Origin: a virus
Taxonomy: Duplodnaviria; Caudoviricetes
DNA length: 60,658 bases
IMG/VR virus record: IMGVR_UViG_3300037467_001807
Location: 1 to 60,658 of that record
Reading direction: 5' to 3' (one strand)
The position numbers and the translations under genes are program-made. The notes beneath the pieces were generated by a model that searched no databases, was not told the DNA's origin, and saw only the letters and a program-made list of their open reading frames with translations. Positions 44,782 to 54,715 of the stretch are shown here, piece after piece; the stretch's first letter is position 1; every line of letters starts with the position of its first letter.

Positions 44782-47306
44782 GCCGCCTCCGCAGCGTTGC
44801 GGCCGGCGTCGAGCGCGTCGAACAGCGTGGGCTGGCGGACCTCGAACTCCGCCGCCATGAGGTAGCGGAGGCTGTCCCTGAAGTACTTGTCGTTCAGCTC
44901 GGAACCGTAGCCGCGGCGCCCCATCATCACGGCGCGCACCGGTACCGTGCCGAGCCCGGCGAAGGGATCGTAGACCAGGTCATCGCGCGCGGTGCAGAAC
45001 CGGATGACCCGGTCGACGATGTCGATCTGCAGGGGGCAGACGTGCTTCTCCCGACCGCCGAGGGACTGGTCGGCGTTCAGCGTCGCCATGCGCAGGATGT
45101 CGGTCCAGACGACGCCGGTCGGACTTTCGAGCGAAAGCGCGGCGAAGGTCTTGGGCAGGGCGCCGCGGGCCTGCAGGGCTTCGGCGAGTCTGACGTGCTC
45201 CTCGTGATCGTAGACCACCCGGCCGGACTGTTCCCGGAAGGCGCGCTGCAGCTGCTTCGGCGGCAGCGCGGCGAGTTCGTCAGCGGTCAGGTAGCGGTCG
45301 CCGGACGATCGCCAGTAGGCGGCGGCGTCGATCTGCCAGCGGGCGAGGCTGTACTCGTCGAGGCGCTTCGTCACCGGGTCGTCGGCGTAGCCCCGCGCCA
45401 GGTCGGACTGGGCCTTGCGGAAGAAGAGGACGTACTCCGGCGAGCCGGAGCCCATCTTCGTGGCGTCCTTCCGCATCTCGGAGTAGCCGAGCCGGTAGGT
45501 CTGGTTGTTCTCCCGCACCACGTCGGTCTCGACGGGGCGCACCGCCATCAGGTGGAAGCCATGCTTGCGGTAGTGGGCGATGCAGTTGGCGTGGAACGGC
45601 TCGACGGTGGGGAAGCCGAGGCCCGTCACGTTGCCGAACAGGATGCGGTCCTTGACGTGGACCGCCAGCACCCGGCCGGGCCGCAGGATCCTGAGCAGCT
45701 CCGGCGTCAGGAAGTCCATCTGCCGGAAGAAGGCGGCGTTGTCGTCGTTGTGGCCGAAGTCGTTGTAGCTCTCGCAGTACTCGTACTGCGTCCCGAACGG
45801 CACCGAGGTCAGGATCAGGCCCATGTGGTCGCTGGGGAGGCGCCGGGCCTCGTCCACGCAGTCGTTTAGCGCCGCGGTCCACCGCTCCCCGCTCTCGACC
45901 CTGCGCTCGACGCCGATGCTGCGCCGCATCGCCTCGGTCGGGCTGATCCGGTTCAGGCCGTACTTGCGGATGATCTCGCTCATCCGGTCGCGGAGCTCGA
46001 TGTCGCGGGCCCACTTCGCCTCGAAGGAGCGGCGCAGCTCGCGCTCCGTCTCGGCGTAGATCATGTCGATCACGACCTTCTCGGTCTGGCCGAAGCGCTG
46101 GATGCGGTGCCAGGCCTGTGCGATGTCGCGGAACTTGTGGCCGATGCCGGCGAAGATGGCGCGGTGGCAATGCGCCTGCAGGTTCCCGCCGGCGCCGAGC
46201 ATGACGGGCTTGGCGGAGAGGTCGGTGACGGTCCCCTCCTTGAACCCGCGCACCACCTCCTCGCGCTCGTCCAGGTCCTGCGTCCCGTAGACCGACTTCG
46301 CCTGCGGGAGCGCCTGTTCGATGGCCCGGCGCTCGTCCTCTAGGTCGTGCCAGAGGATGAAGTGGTTTTCCGGCTCGGCCTCGCGCAGCTCCTTCAACTT
46401 GGCGATCCGGGCCGGGAGCGTGTCGCGCTTCTCCCGCGCCGCGTCCTGCACGCCGACGGCCGCGTCGCGGATCAGCTTCATCTGCCCCCGGCTGTCGGCG
46501 CCGGCGTCCGCGAGGTCGGCCTGCACCTCGTGCCAGCGCACCTCCATCTCCGGCAGCTCATAGCCCTCGTCGCTGAAGCCGAGGTCGGACGGCCGCTGCA
46601 AGAAGACGGCCCAGGTCGAGACCCAGAGCCAGAACTCCTCCTCCTTGTGCGGGTAGAGGGTGAGGTCATTGGCCTTCTCGGAGTTGCGCTGGAAGAACCG
46701 CGTCAGCGCCTGGCCAGTGTCCATCACGCCGAGGAAGCCGGCGTAGTGGATCAGCTCCTTGTACCGGTTAGGCGAGGGCGTGGCCGTCGCGACGAACTTG
46801 AACCTGACCGGCTCGAAGGCGGGCAGGAACTCCTGGAACGTCTTGGAGCCGTAGCTCCGCAGCACGTCCGCCTCGTCCAGGCTGGCGGCGGTGAAGAGCT
46901 TGGGGTCGATCTTGCCGTCGCGGATCGTCTCGTAATTGACGAGGTTCACCGCGTGGTCGCGGATCTCGGCCTCGGACCGGATGAAGGGCAGCTCCATGCC
47001 GAGCTGCTCGGCGTCGTTGAAGAACTCCTGGCGGACGCCCAGCGGAGCGACCTGCAGCGCCGGTCCCCCTTCCCGCTTCACGATCTGGCGCAGCGTCTCC
47101 AACTGCATCGACGTCTTGTGCAGGCCGTAGGCGGTGAAGTAGGCCCGCGCGCCGCCGGCGAGCCCCCACTGCACGATGGCGCGGCAGTGCGGCTTCAGCC
47201 ACGGGTGCAGCGCATCCTGCTCGACGTGGAAGCCCGTCGCCGGCGCGGCGATCGCCTTCGCCTCGAGGAAGGCCTGATAGCCGTCCTTCTTTTCCGGACG
47301 GCTCAT
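44778..47306 (-). CDS. SF2 helicase-like domain fused to N4/N6 DNA methyltransferase
   Basis: LDEAD, ATATPSPN, QAWHRIQRFGQ; TSVPF and VYDPFAGLGT...GSELN. Confidence 0.85.
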   Translation of the reverse strand: MSRPEKKDGYQAFLEAKAIAAPATGFHVEQDALHPWLKPHCRAIVQWGLAGGARAYFTAYGLHKTSMQLETLRQIVKREGGPALQVAPLGVRQEFFNDAEQLGMELPFIRSEAEIRDHAVNLVNYETIRDGKIDPKLFTAASLDEADVLRSYGSKTFQEFLPAFEPVRFKFVATATPSPNRYKELIHYAGFLGVMDTGQALTRFFQRNSEKANDLTLYPHKEEEFWLWVSTWAVFLQRPSDLGFSDEGYELPEMEVRWHEVQADLADAGADSRGQMKLIRDAAVGVQDAAREKRDTLPARIAKLKELREAEPENHFILWHDLEDERRAIEQALPQAKSVYGTQDLDEREEVVRGFKEGTVTDLSAKPVMLGAGGNLQAHCHRAIFAGIGHKFRDIAQAWHRIQRFGQTEKVVIDMIYAETERELRRSFEAKWARDIELRDRMSEIIRKYGLNRISPTEAMRRSIGVERRVESGERWTAALNDCVDEARRLPSDHMGLILTSVPFGTQYEYCESYNDFGHNDDNAAFFRQMDFLTPELLRILRPGRVLAVHVKDRILFGNVTGLGFPTVEPFHANCIAHYRKHGFHLMAVRPVETDVVRENNQTYRLGYSEMRKDATKMGSGSPEYVLFFRKAQSDLARGYADDPVTKRLDEYSLARWQIDAAAYWRSSGDRYLTADELAALPPKQLQRAFREQSGRVVYDHEEHVRLAEALQARGALPKTFAALSLESPTGVVWTDILRMATLNADQSLGGREKHVCPLQIDIVDRVIRFCTARDDLVYDPFAGLGTVPVRAVMMGRRGYGSELNDKYFRDSLRYLMAAEFEVRQPTLFDALDAGRNAAEAA

Positions 47307-47599
47307 GACCATTCCTCCCAGGACCAGCAGTCCAGAACCATGAAGAGGTCGCTGCGCCCGGGCTCGTAGAAGACCGTGGCGTAGTAGCGGTCGCCTCGGG
47401 CGATGACGCGGGCGGTGCGGCGGGGTCTGTCGCCATGGGCGCGCCGCTCCAGGATGACCGCCTTCATCACCGACGGGGTCAGGGCGAGGACCATCTCGAC
47501 CGGGACCAGCCATTCGCCCTCGGTGGCGGCGCGGGCCATGATGCTGTCGGGATCGGGCTCGCGCCCCGTGGGCGACGCCGACCAGTTGCCGATGCCCAT
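47303..47599 (-). CDS. Hypothetical protein
   Basis: Coupled to both neighbours. Confidence 0.55.
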   Translation of the reverse strand: MGIGNWSASPTGREPDPDSIMARAATEGEWLVPVEMVLALTPSVMKAVILERRAHGDRPRRTARVIARGDRYYATVFYEPGRSDLFMVLDCWSWEEWS

Positions 47600-48102
47600 C
47601 ACAGCCCTCCCACCGAGATCTCGGCGTGACGGCTGCAGTGGCCGTCGGGCCGGGCTTGGAGGCAGCAGGAGCCGATGGAGCCGTCGGGCAGATCGATCGG
47701 CCACTTGCACTGGCCGGGTCCACGCTGTTCCCAGTGACGAGGCTCCGAGCCTGGCAGCGGTGCGAACGCGGCGCCGAACTTCAGCACCGGGACCTTGGAA
47801 CCGAAGTCCGGCTCCGGGAGTTTCGCCTGCGGCTGTTTGGCCGGACGCGAACCACTGGACATGCCGACGGGGCGTTTGGGACGATGGACGTTGTGGTTGC
47901 CCGTCGCGCCCCGCGGCGGCAGGCCGAGCCTGTCCACCTTGGAACAGACGGCATTGCGGGTGATGCCGTGCCCGAGCTCCTTCGCGATCGCGCTGTAGCT
48001 GATCCCCTCTCGATGCAGGGCCTTGAGCTTCTCGACGGCCTCATCGGACCAGCGCTTCGTCCCGGCGGCAGCCGCCTCTGGAAGGACAGGGTTCGGGTTC
48101 AT
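47599..48102 (-). CDS. gcrA: GcrA-family cell-cycle regulator homologue
   Basis: WSDEAVEKLKAL..EGISYSAIAKELG.GITRNAVCSKVDRLGL and C-terminal CKWPI...C...C..H. Confidence 0.9.
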   Translation of the reverse strand: MNPNPVLPEAAAAGTKRWSDEAVEKLKALHREGISYSAIAKELGHGITRNAVCSKVDRLGLPPRGATGNHNVHRPKRPVGMSSGSRPAKQPQAKLPEPDFGSKVPVLKFGAAFAPLPGSEPRHWEQRGPGQCKWPIDLPDGSIGSCCLQARPDGHCSRHAEISVGGL

Positions 48103-49763
48103 GCCGCCTGCTCCCTGGGTCGGAAGCTGCGACCGACAATGTCGAACCACTTCCCGTTCTTGCGGGTCTGGATCGCCACGGGCTGGTGGAGCTCGTCCCA
48201 GCGAAGCAGCGCTTCAGAGACCGTGGCCGGGACCGGTTCGGCGCCGCCATGCGTCTTCCACCACTTTTCCGCCCGGTACCTGGATGGGCCGGTGTGCTCG
48301 AACGTGACCCACTCCGGGTAGGTCATCAGCCCGGCGAGGTAGACGACCTTGACACTGTCCGGGGAGCCGTCCTTGACGTGGCGGATCGCCGACCAGGAGA
48401 CGACAGGCTGCTCATCGACAGCGATCAGCGCCTTGGCCTGGCGCGACAGGATCGGGGCGTCATCAGCCCTGGCCTCGTGCTTGGGCTTCTCGATGACGGG
48501 CCAGACGTGGCCGCAGTCCTTGCAGATCCCGGCGTTCAGCGCGTTCAGGCTGTTGCAGGTCGGGCACTCCTTGGCCATGACCCGGTCTACTGTTGCGGCC
48601 GTTCCGGAGCCGCCGCGCCTGCCCCGGACCTCGACGGTGTCCACGGGCCCGTGGCGGCGGACATTGCCGGCGAAATCTAGGACGAGGCAGTTCTCCTTGC
48701 CCTCGGCCTTGCGGGTCCCGCGGCCGACGATCTGGACGTAGAGCCCGGTGCTGAGCGTTGGCCGCAGCATCGCGACCAAGTCGACCCCAGGCGCATCGAA
48801 GCCCGTCGTCAGGACCTGCGCGTTCGTCAGGGCGCGGATCCGGCCGGCCTTGAAGGCGGCGATGATGGAAGCCCGCTCCGGACCAGGCGTCTCCCCGGTG
48901 ATCGCCTCGGCGCTGATGCCCTGCTGGCGCAGGACGTCACGGACCGCAAAGGCGTGCTTCACCCCGGTGCAGAACACCAGCCAGGACCTGCGGTCCTGCC
49001 CTCGTGCCATCATGTCCTGGACCGCAGCTGCGGTGACGTCGTCTCGGTTCGCGGCGGCCTCCAGGGCGCCGGCGACGAACTCACCGCCGGACCTGGCGAC
49101 GGAGCTGACGTCGATCTCGGTTGCGCCGGCCTTGCTGACCAGGGGGGAGAGCCAGCCGTCGTCGATTCCGGGCCCGATGCCGTAGCTGAAGACGGTCTCG
49201 TCGAAGAGGGCCGGAAGCACCCTCTCCTTGCCGTCCTTCCGCTTCACCGCAGCCTCGTCGAGCCGCCCGGTCCCCATGCGGTACGGCGTGGCGGTGAAGC
49301 CGGCGACGCGCATGTCCGCCCTGAGGTCGCGCAGCCCGTCGAGCAGGGTCCGGTACATGCCGTTGCCCTCGACCGGGATCAGGTGGGCCTCGTCGATCAG
49401 GACCAGGTCACGGGGGCCGAGTTCGCGGGCGCGCCTGAAGACGGACTGGATCGAGGCGAAGGTGATGCGGTGATGGGCGTCCCTGCGGCCTAACCCGGCG
49501 CTGTAGATGCCGACCGGCGCCTGCGGCCAGAGCCGGAGCAGCGCCAAGGCATTCTGTTCCACCAGCTCCCTGGAATGCACGAGCATAAGCACGCGCATGT
49601 CTGGGTAATCGGTCAGCACCCTTTCCACGATGCTGGCGATCACCACGGACTTTCCTAGGCCCGTCGCGAGGTCAACGAGCGGGTTGCCACCACCCCTGCT
49701 CCAGTAGTCGTAGACTGCGTCGATGGCCGCGCGCTGGTACGGCCGAAGGTCAATCAGCGACAT
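48099..49763 (-). CDS. DEAH helicase (RadD/YejH-like) with zinc ribbon
   Basis: LRPYQ, ATGLGKS, DEAH, TATPYR, TGFDAP, QIVGRGTR, CPTC..CKDC. Confidence 0.92.
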   Translation of the reverse strand: MSLIDLRPYQRAAIDAVYDYWSRGGGNPLVDLATGLGKSVVIASIVERVLTDYPDMRVLMLVHSRELVEQNALALLRLWPQAPVGIYSAGLGRRDAHHRITFASIQSVFRRARELGPRDLVLIDEAHLIPVEGNGMYRTLLDGLRDLRADMRVAGFTATPYRMGTGRLDEAAVKRKDGKERVLPALFDETVFSYGIGPGIDDGWLSPLVSKAGATEIDVSSVARSGGEFVAGALEAAANRDDVTAAAVQDMMARGQDRRSWLVFCTGVKHAFAVRDVLRQQGISAEAITGETPGPERASIIAAFKAGRIRALTNAQVLTTGFDAPGVDLVAMLRPTLSTGLYVQIVGRGTRKAEGKENCLVLDFAGNVRRHGPVDTVEVRGRRGGSGTAATVDRVMAKECPTCNSLNALNAGICKDCGHVWPVIEKPKHEARADDAPILSRQAKALIAVDEQPVVSWSAIRHVKDGSPDSVKVVYLAGLMTYPEWVTFEHTGPSRYRAEKWWKTHGGAEPVPATVSEALLRWDELHQPVAIQTRKNGKWFDIVGRSFRPREQAA

Positions 49764-50352
49764 ACGCGATGGCCCTCCGCATGATGTCGGCGTTCTCGCG
49801 GAACAGGCCGATGGCTTGGTAGCAGGGGCCGCAGAGAAGGCCCCGGACCTGCCGGCTCCGGTGGCAGTGATCGACGTGGGTTGAGGTGGCTTGAAGCGGC
49901 TCGCGACAAATGCCGCACCGACCGTCCTGCCGCGCTTTCAGCGCTTCGAACTCTTCTCGGCCGATACCGTACAGGCGCTCGCGGCGTCTCCAGTTCCGCT
50001 GTTCACGGTCACGCCGGAGCTGTGCCTGATTGCAGGCCACGCAGTTATCCGAAGCCGTATAGCGCTCGGTGTGGCCGCGGCGGCAGGGCTTCCCGACATA
50101 GGTCGTGGCTCCGCTCTGAGCCGCAGCCGCCCGCTCTAGGCTGACCAGGCCGCGCACACCGTTCTTAAACTCGTGACCTAGCCGCCGCGCGCTATCGATC
50201 CGCGCGCACAGCACACACCGGCTACCACGTGTGTAGCGGGGTGATCGGTGACCGGCAGGGCAGAGCTGCGCCTCTTTGAAATAGAAGCGCGCACCGGTCC
50301 TAAGCGCCTCTGCCTTGCTCGTCGGCAGGCCAGCGGTGGGGAGCTCGATCAC
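49750..50352 (-). CDS. Endonuclease VII-family free-standing homing endonuclease, possibly inactive
   Basis: CGIC...VDHCH....RGLLCGPCY; N-terminal Cys/His repeats; codon usage differs from neighbours. Confidence 0.8.
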   Translation of the reverse strand: MIELPTAGLPTSKAEALRTGARFYFKEAQLCPAGHRSPRYTRGSRCVLCARIDSARRLGHEFKNGVRGLVSLERAAAAQSGATTYVGKPCRRGHTERYTASDNCVACNQAQLRRDREQRNWRRRERLYGIGREEFEALKARQDGRCGICREPLQATSTHVDHCHRSRQVRGLLCGPCYQAIGLFRENADIMRRAIAYVAD

Positions 50353-50663
50353 GACGCGATCCTCCGACCGGCATGGGGCGGAAGACCGATGCTGCGGACC
50401 CAGTCGCGCCGGCCGGCGGCATAGGCCTCGTTGACCCGGAGCTCCTCGCCGGCATCCATGATCCAGGACCATTGACGCGGCCTCACGGTCCGGTCGCACC
50501 GGGCGCGGCTCTGACCCTCGATGCTTTGCAGTGCCCGCTTCGCCTGCGGCGCCGTAACCTTGGCCCGCTTAGCGATCTCGGCCGCGGAACCGTCTGAGGC
50601 CCGCAGCGCCATGATGACCCGGCTCCGGATCGAACCGGGATCGGGGAGAGGTCCGGGCTTCAT
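50349..50663 (-). CDS. Small wHTH protein
   Basis: SAAEIAKRAKVT...AKRALQSI; ATGA coupling. Confidence 0.55.
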   Translation of the reverse strand: MKPGPLPDPGSIRSRVIMALRASDGSAAEIAKRAKVTAPQAKRALQSIEGQSRARCDRTVRPRQWSWIMDAGEELRVNEAYAAGRRDWVRSIGLPPHAGRRIAS

Positions 50664-51622
50664 GCCGCCGCCCTCCCACCATCGACCCAGGTCCCGCCGT
50701 CGGCGAACCGGTAGGTGATGGTCTCGGCAACAGGATCGGCATCGACCTGCTCGCCGGGCACCAGGTCCGGGAGGTAGAGGTGGTTCGGACAGCCCTGCCG
50801 CTGCTGGTCCGGAGACAGGCTCTGGATCAGGTGGCGGACGCAGCTCCAGCGGCCTGATCCGTCCATCTCGGGTGTGGCATGGATGCAGGTTCGGCAGGTC
50901 CGGCGTGGCAGGGCCCCGTCGTGGCAGACCGCCTTGGCCGGGCAGAACGTGCACTGCCACGCCATCTTGTCGGCGAGGCTCTCGACGATGCGCGCCGGCG
51001 CCTTGTCGCTCCGGATCAACCGTTCGGCACGGGCTAGAACAGCGAGGGCGAAGGCCGGATCGTACTCGACCCGCTCGGTGTAGATCTCGTCGTCGTTCTT
51101 GTTGACGGCGACGTACAGCGCCCGGGTCAGGGCGCGACCATGCATGTAGATCTGCATCTGGGCGAAGTGCATCGGCTTCGCCTCGCGAACCTTCAGCCGC
51201 TTCAGCTCCTTGAACGACTTGTCGTTGTGGGTCTTGCACTCCAGGAGGTGACGGGTCTTCGGAGCCTCCGGGACGCCCTCGACCTCGCCGTCGGTGTGGC
51301 CGGTGAAGTGACCGGCGAGGAAGCTGACCTCGTACTGCTCCCCCGTTTCCGGATCGGTAGCATCGACGTGGCAGCCGATGCGACGGAGGTCCTCGACGAG
51401 CCGGTCCTCCTCGATGTTGCCGGTCTCGAAGATACGCAGGGCCCGGCCGCTATGCCGCTCCGGCGCATGGGCCCAGCGGAAGCCGAACCAGAGCCTGCGG
51501 TCGCAGGGGTCACCGATCTTGGAGGCCCGGAGCGTCGCATCGTCGTGCGGGACCTGGGCCTCGGCCCAGGCGCGTTCGATCGCGGCGGATGTCTCGGACT
51601 GGATTTCTGGCAGGGCGACCAT
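50660..51622 (-). CDS. Cas4/RecB-like PD-(D/E)xK exonuclease
   Basis: CDRRLW, GHTDG, LLECKT, QMQIYM, CTFC..C. Confidence 0.85.
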   Translation of the reverse strand: MVALPEIQSETSAAIERAWAEAQVPHDDATLRASKIGDPCDRRLWFGFRWAHAPERHSGRALRIFETGNIEEDRLVEDLRRIGCHVDATDPETGEQYEVSFLAGHFTGHTDGEVEGVPEAPKTRHLLECKTHNDKSFKELKRLKVREAKPMHFAQMQIYMHGRALTRALYVAVNKNDDEIYTERVEYDPAFALAVLARAERLIRSDKAPARIVESLADKMAWQCTFCPAKAVCHDGALPRRTCRTCIHATPEMDGSGRWSCVRHLIQSLSPDQQRQGCPNHLYLPDLVPGEQVDADPVAETITYRFADGGTWVDGGRAAA

Positions 51623-51813
51623 CAGACCTGCTCCCCCTGCAGCAGCGCGTCGAGGTGACCCTTCGCGAGCTGGAGCGACAGGTGCGCGGAGAAGGCGTCG
51701 CCGGCCTTGAAGTGGGCGACGGCCTCCATGGTCTTTTCCAGGACCTGGCAGCAGACCGAACGCTCGGCCAGGTAGGTCCCATCGGTCTCGACTTGACGTG
51801 CCGAGGCGTTCAT
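51622..51813 (-). CDS. Hypothetical protein
   Basis: MNASARQ...; TGATG coupling. Confidence 0.5.
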   Translation of the reverse strand: MNASARQVETDGTYLAERSVCCQVLEKTMEAVAHFKAGDAFSAHLSLQLAKGHLDALLQGEQV

Positions 51814-51903
51814 CGTCGCGGCTCCGCTACGATGCTCCAAGGAGCGTTGAGGTGGAGGCCCGGCGGGTCAGGTCGTCCAAACAGGACCCGCCGGGCAGCT
51901 AAG

Positions 51904-52404
51904 TCAGCGGTTGCCCCAGGGGCGGCCGCCGCCGGCAGCCTGGCGCGGTTGCTCCTGCTGTTGCGGCGGCGTGTACCCGCTGGACGGCGCCGGTGTCGCA
52001 GCGCCGTTCAGGGGCTCGAAGCCCTTGACCCGGTTCTGCGGCCCGTACTGGCCGGACTTGTCCTCCTCGATCGCGACCCGGATCCGCATCGGCTTGAAGT
52101 GCAGATGCTCCGAATCGGTCAGGACGCCTTGGTGGCCGACGGCGCTGCAGATCCGTTTCAGCGACCGCTGCGCGATCTCCTGCGCCTGCTGATTCGTGTG
52201 CTGGATGTTCAGGTTCTCCCAGACCCGGCGCTTCGCGCAGGGCCCGTCGACGATCTCGAACGTCAGCTTCAGCATCTGGCCGGCGCCGTTCTTCGTGGCG
52301 ACCAGGTCAGATTCGATGATCTGGGCGGTGTAGGTCCCGGCCGGGAGAAGCTCGCGCTCCTCGTCCTGCACCTGGGAGGGGTCAAAAGTTCCGAGTTGGG
52401 CCAT
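51904..52404 (-). CDS. Single-stranded DNA-binding protein (DUF669-like)
   Basis: LLPAGTYTAQI, MLKLTFEI, YGPQNRVKGF, RPW tail; follows Sak4. Confidence 0.8.
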   Translation of the reverse strand: MAQLGTFDPSQVQDEERELLPAGTYTAQIIESDLVATKNGAGQMLKLTFEIVDGPCAKRRVWENLNIQHTNQQAQEIAQRSLKRICSAVGHQGVLTDSEHLHFKPMRIRVAIEEDKSGQYGPQNRVKGFEPLNGAATPAPSSGYTPPQQQEQPRQAAGGGRPWGNR

Positions 52405-52406
52405 GG

Positions 52407-53207
52407 TCAGGCCGCCTTCTTCTTGGCCGCAGCGACGGGCGCCGCGGGCCGGTTGATGGGGAGGTACTGGGCCAGCGATCCGAACCCCTTGCCCTTCTCG
52501 AACAGGATCCGTTCGGGCATGGAGAAGCGGTTGCCGGCGGCGAAGGCGGGACGGCCCTCGGTGTAGATCCAGCGGGTGTCTCCGCCGTCCCCGCGGGCCC
52601 GGCCGGGGTTCCTCGCGGTCCCCTCGGTCTTGATCGTCACGTCCTTCTTGACCAGGAGGATGGCGTCGACCTCGCGGGACAGCGCGGCAACAGCCCGCTT
52701 GTGGAGATCGAGCTCGTAGCGGCTGTAGGACTGCGTCTCCGGATCGTCGAACCGCGAGATCACGGCATGGCCGATCAGGACGATCGTCATGTTCCGCTCG
52801 GTCCGGAGGAAGTTGAAGCCGTCGATGAACTCCTTCCAGACATAGTCCGCCTCGGCGTAGCCCTTGCCGTAGCCGGGCTGCTCGATGGTCTGCCACTTGT
52901 TCCGGGTGCAGACCTCGGTGAAGACCAGCCGCTCCAGCTCGGAGACGCTGTCCAGCACCATGGTCTCGAAGCCGTGCTCCTGCGTCGCCAGAACTGTCAT
53001 CGCGTCCAGCACGGACGTGAAGCTGTCGAGGTGGCCGAAGCTGTCCAGCTCCAAGTCTGCGGGGGCGCCGTCCTCGGTCTGGAGAAACACCGGGTTGGGA
53101 AACTCGGCCGCGAGGCTCGTCTTCCCCATCTTCTCCGGGCCGTAGATCAGTAGCCGCGGAGGCTTGTCGCCACGCACCTTGCGCAGCGACGACATGTCGA
53201 TCGCCAT
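52407..53207 (-). CDS. Sak4-like ssDNA-annealing ATPase (AAA_24)
   Basis: IYGPEKMGKT, TEDG, LDS, GYGKGY, AGNRF. Confidence 0.88.
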   Translation of the reverse strand: MAIDMSSLRKVRGDKPPRLLIYGPEKMGKTSLAAEFPNPVFLQTEDGAPADLELDSFGHLDSFTSVLDAMTVLATQEHGFETMVLDSVSELERLVFTEVCTRNKWQTIEQPGYGKGYAEADYVWKEFIDGFNFLRTERNMTIVLIGHAVISRFDDPETQSYSRYELDLHKRAVAALSREVDAILLVKKDVTIKTEGTARNPGRARGDGGDTRWIYTEGRPAFAAGNRFSMPERILFEKGKGFGSLAQYLPINRPAAPVAAAKKKAA

Positions 53208-53716
53208 TACGATCTGTCCTCTGATTGTGGTGGCTCCTGCATGAACCAGCCGCCCGCGGAGCCTTCAGAGGCGAGCTGGAATTGGATGAACAACGGGGCC
53301 GCCGGCATCACGGCGATGCGGGCCAGGCTGTCGCGTTGTGGCGACCAGGCGGCGGCGAAGCCGACAACCTTGGAGTCGTCCTCGATGACGCCGTGCTCGA
53401 CCAGCAGGTCGAACAGGGCCTTGATCCGGTTGTCGACATCTGCGGCGCCGTTGGCGCGCTCGACACCGACCAGGATCACGACGTCGCCTCTGACAGGCTC
53501 CGGATTCTGCAGCTTCAGCCGCCAGCCGGCATGGCCGCGCCAGTCGTCATAGAGCTTGGTCCGGACCCGCCCCTTGCCGGGCACGTTCCGGAACATCGCG
53601 TTCACCGAGGGCGGCGCCGGAACGACGAGCTGCGTGATGGAGGACGGCGCCAGGACGCCGCCCTCCGTGCACACCGGCCCCGACGTGGCCCCTGGAATGG
53701 ATTGGTGGACCGTCAT
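53207..53716 (-). CDS. rusA: RusA-like Holliday junction resolvase
   Basis: PPSVN, DVDNRIKALFDLL..GVIEDD. Confidence 0.9.
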   Translation of the reverse strand: MTVHQSIPGATSGPVCTEGGVLAPSSITQLVVPAPPSVNAMFRNVPGKGRVRTKLYDDWRGHAGWRLKLQNPEPVRGDVVILVGVERANGAADVDNRIKALFDLLVEHGVIEDDSKVVGFAAAWSPQRDSLARIAVMPAAPLFIQFQLASEGSAGGWFMQEPPQSEDRS

Positions 53717-54141
53717 TGTGGCGGCCCCTCAAACAGCCTCAGCTGTTCCTCTTCTTCTGCAACTCCAGCCAGGCGATACGAACGGCCTTCCACAAGGCCC
53801 TCAATCGCATCCAGATGGCTGCGGGTCGCTTCGAGCTCCCTCGCAAGCCGCGCCTCCCTCTCGGTCAGTTCAGCCAGCACCGGCGCGATCTCGGGCGCAA
53901 GCACGGCTCGCCACACGTTGTTCCCGAAGCGCCGGACGATGGCGGCCATCGTCTCGTCGTTCGGCCAGTGATCTTCGAACAGGTTGCGCGCCGTGCGGTC
54001 GGAGACCCCGATGTCGCGGGCAAGCTGCTGGTGACGACCATAGGCGCTGTGGCCATAGACCGATCTCAAGAACGCCCCGAGCCGATGCCGCGGAAGCGTT
54101 TGGCGATTTCCAGCCATGCTGTGGACCCCGATCGCTGTCAT
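53713..54141 (-). CDS. HTH + coiled-coil regulator (CII-like position)
   Basis: QLARDIGVSDRTARNL...WP. Confidence 0.65.
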   Translation of the reverse strand: MTAIGVHSMAGNRQTLPRHRLGAFLRSVYGHSAYGRHQQLARDIGVSDRTARNLFEDHWPNDETMAAIVRRFGNNVWRAVLAPEIAPVLAELTEREARLARELEATRSHLDAIEGLVEGRSYRLAGVAEEEEQLRLFEGPPQ

Positions 54142-54715
54142 TTCTGACCTCGACGAGGGGCGCTGCGGCGCGAGGGACGGAGGACCAGGCGGACCCGATC
54201 AGGACGGACAGCGGCTGGCAGGCCGCAGGCAGCAGAGAAATCTACCGGGACCGGCTTGGCAGGGCTGGACCGGACCGAACCAGGCATCGAGCCCGGCCAG
54301 GGGACTGGAACCCCGGCCGGGCTCTGGCGCGCCTCCAGGGGAAAGAGCCGGAGGGCGTGCGTTGAAGTCGGCGGCGTCACGTAATGGGTAAGGGAAATCT
54401 CGCCTTCAGGATGAATTTTCAGTTGGCCTTCATAGCTGTCACGGCGATGATTTCGCGTGCCACGCGTACCCGGTTCCAATTTCCCGCCGCGCGACGAACG
54501 CATCATGCGGATCGCGATGGCGTCGCTCATCCTCGGATTGAAGGACAGCGAGAAGGCGACGCGGCGGTGCCGGAAACGGGTGCGCCGGGCTATCGAGATA
54601 CTCGAGGGCGGCGCCACGCCGGTGACAGCGCCCTTCCCGGACCAGGACGGAGCATACGCCGTCGCATGGCTGCGTCGCGGCTGCTTCCAGTGCCGGAGAT
54701 GTCCGGGCGCGTAGA

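Noticed and set aside
50660-51622. CRISPR-associated Cas4
   Set aside because: No other cas genes or array; Sak4-SSB-exonuclease context is a standard phage recombination module
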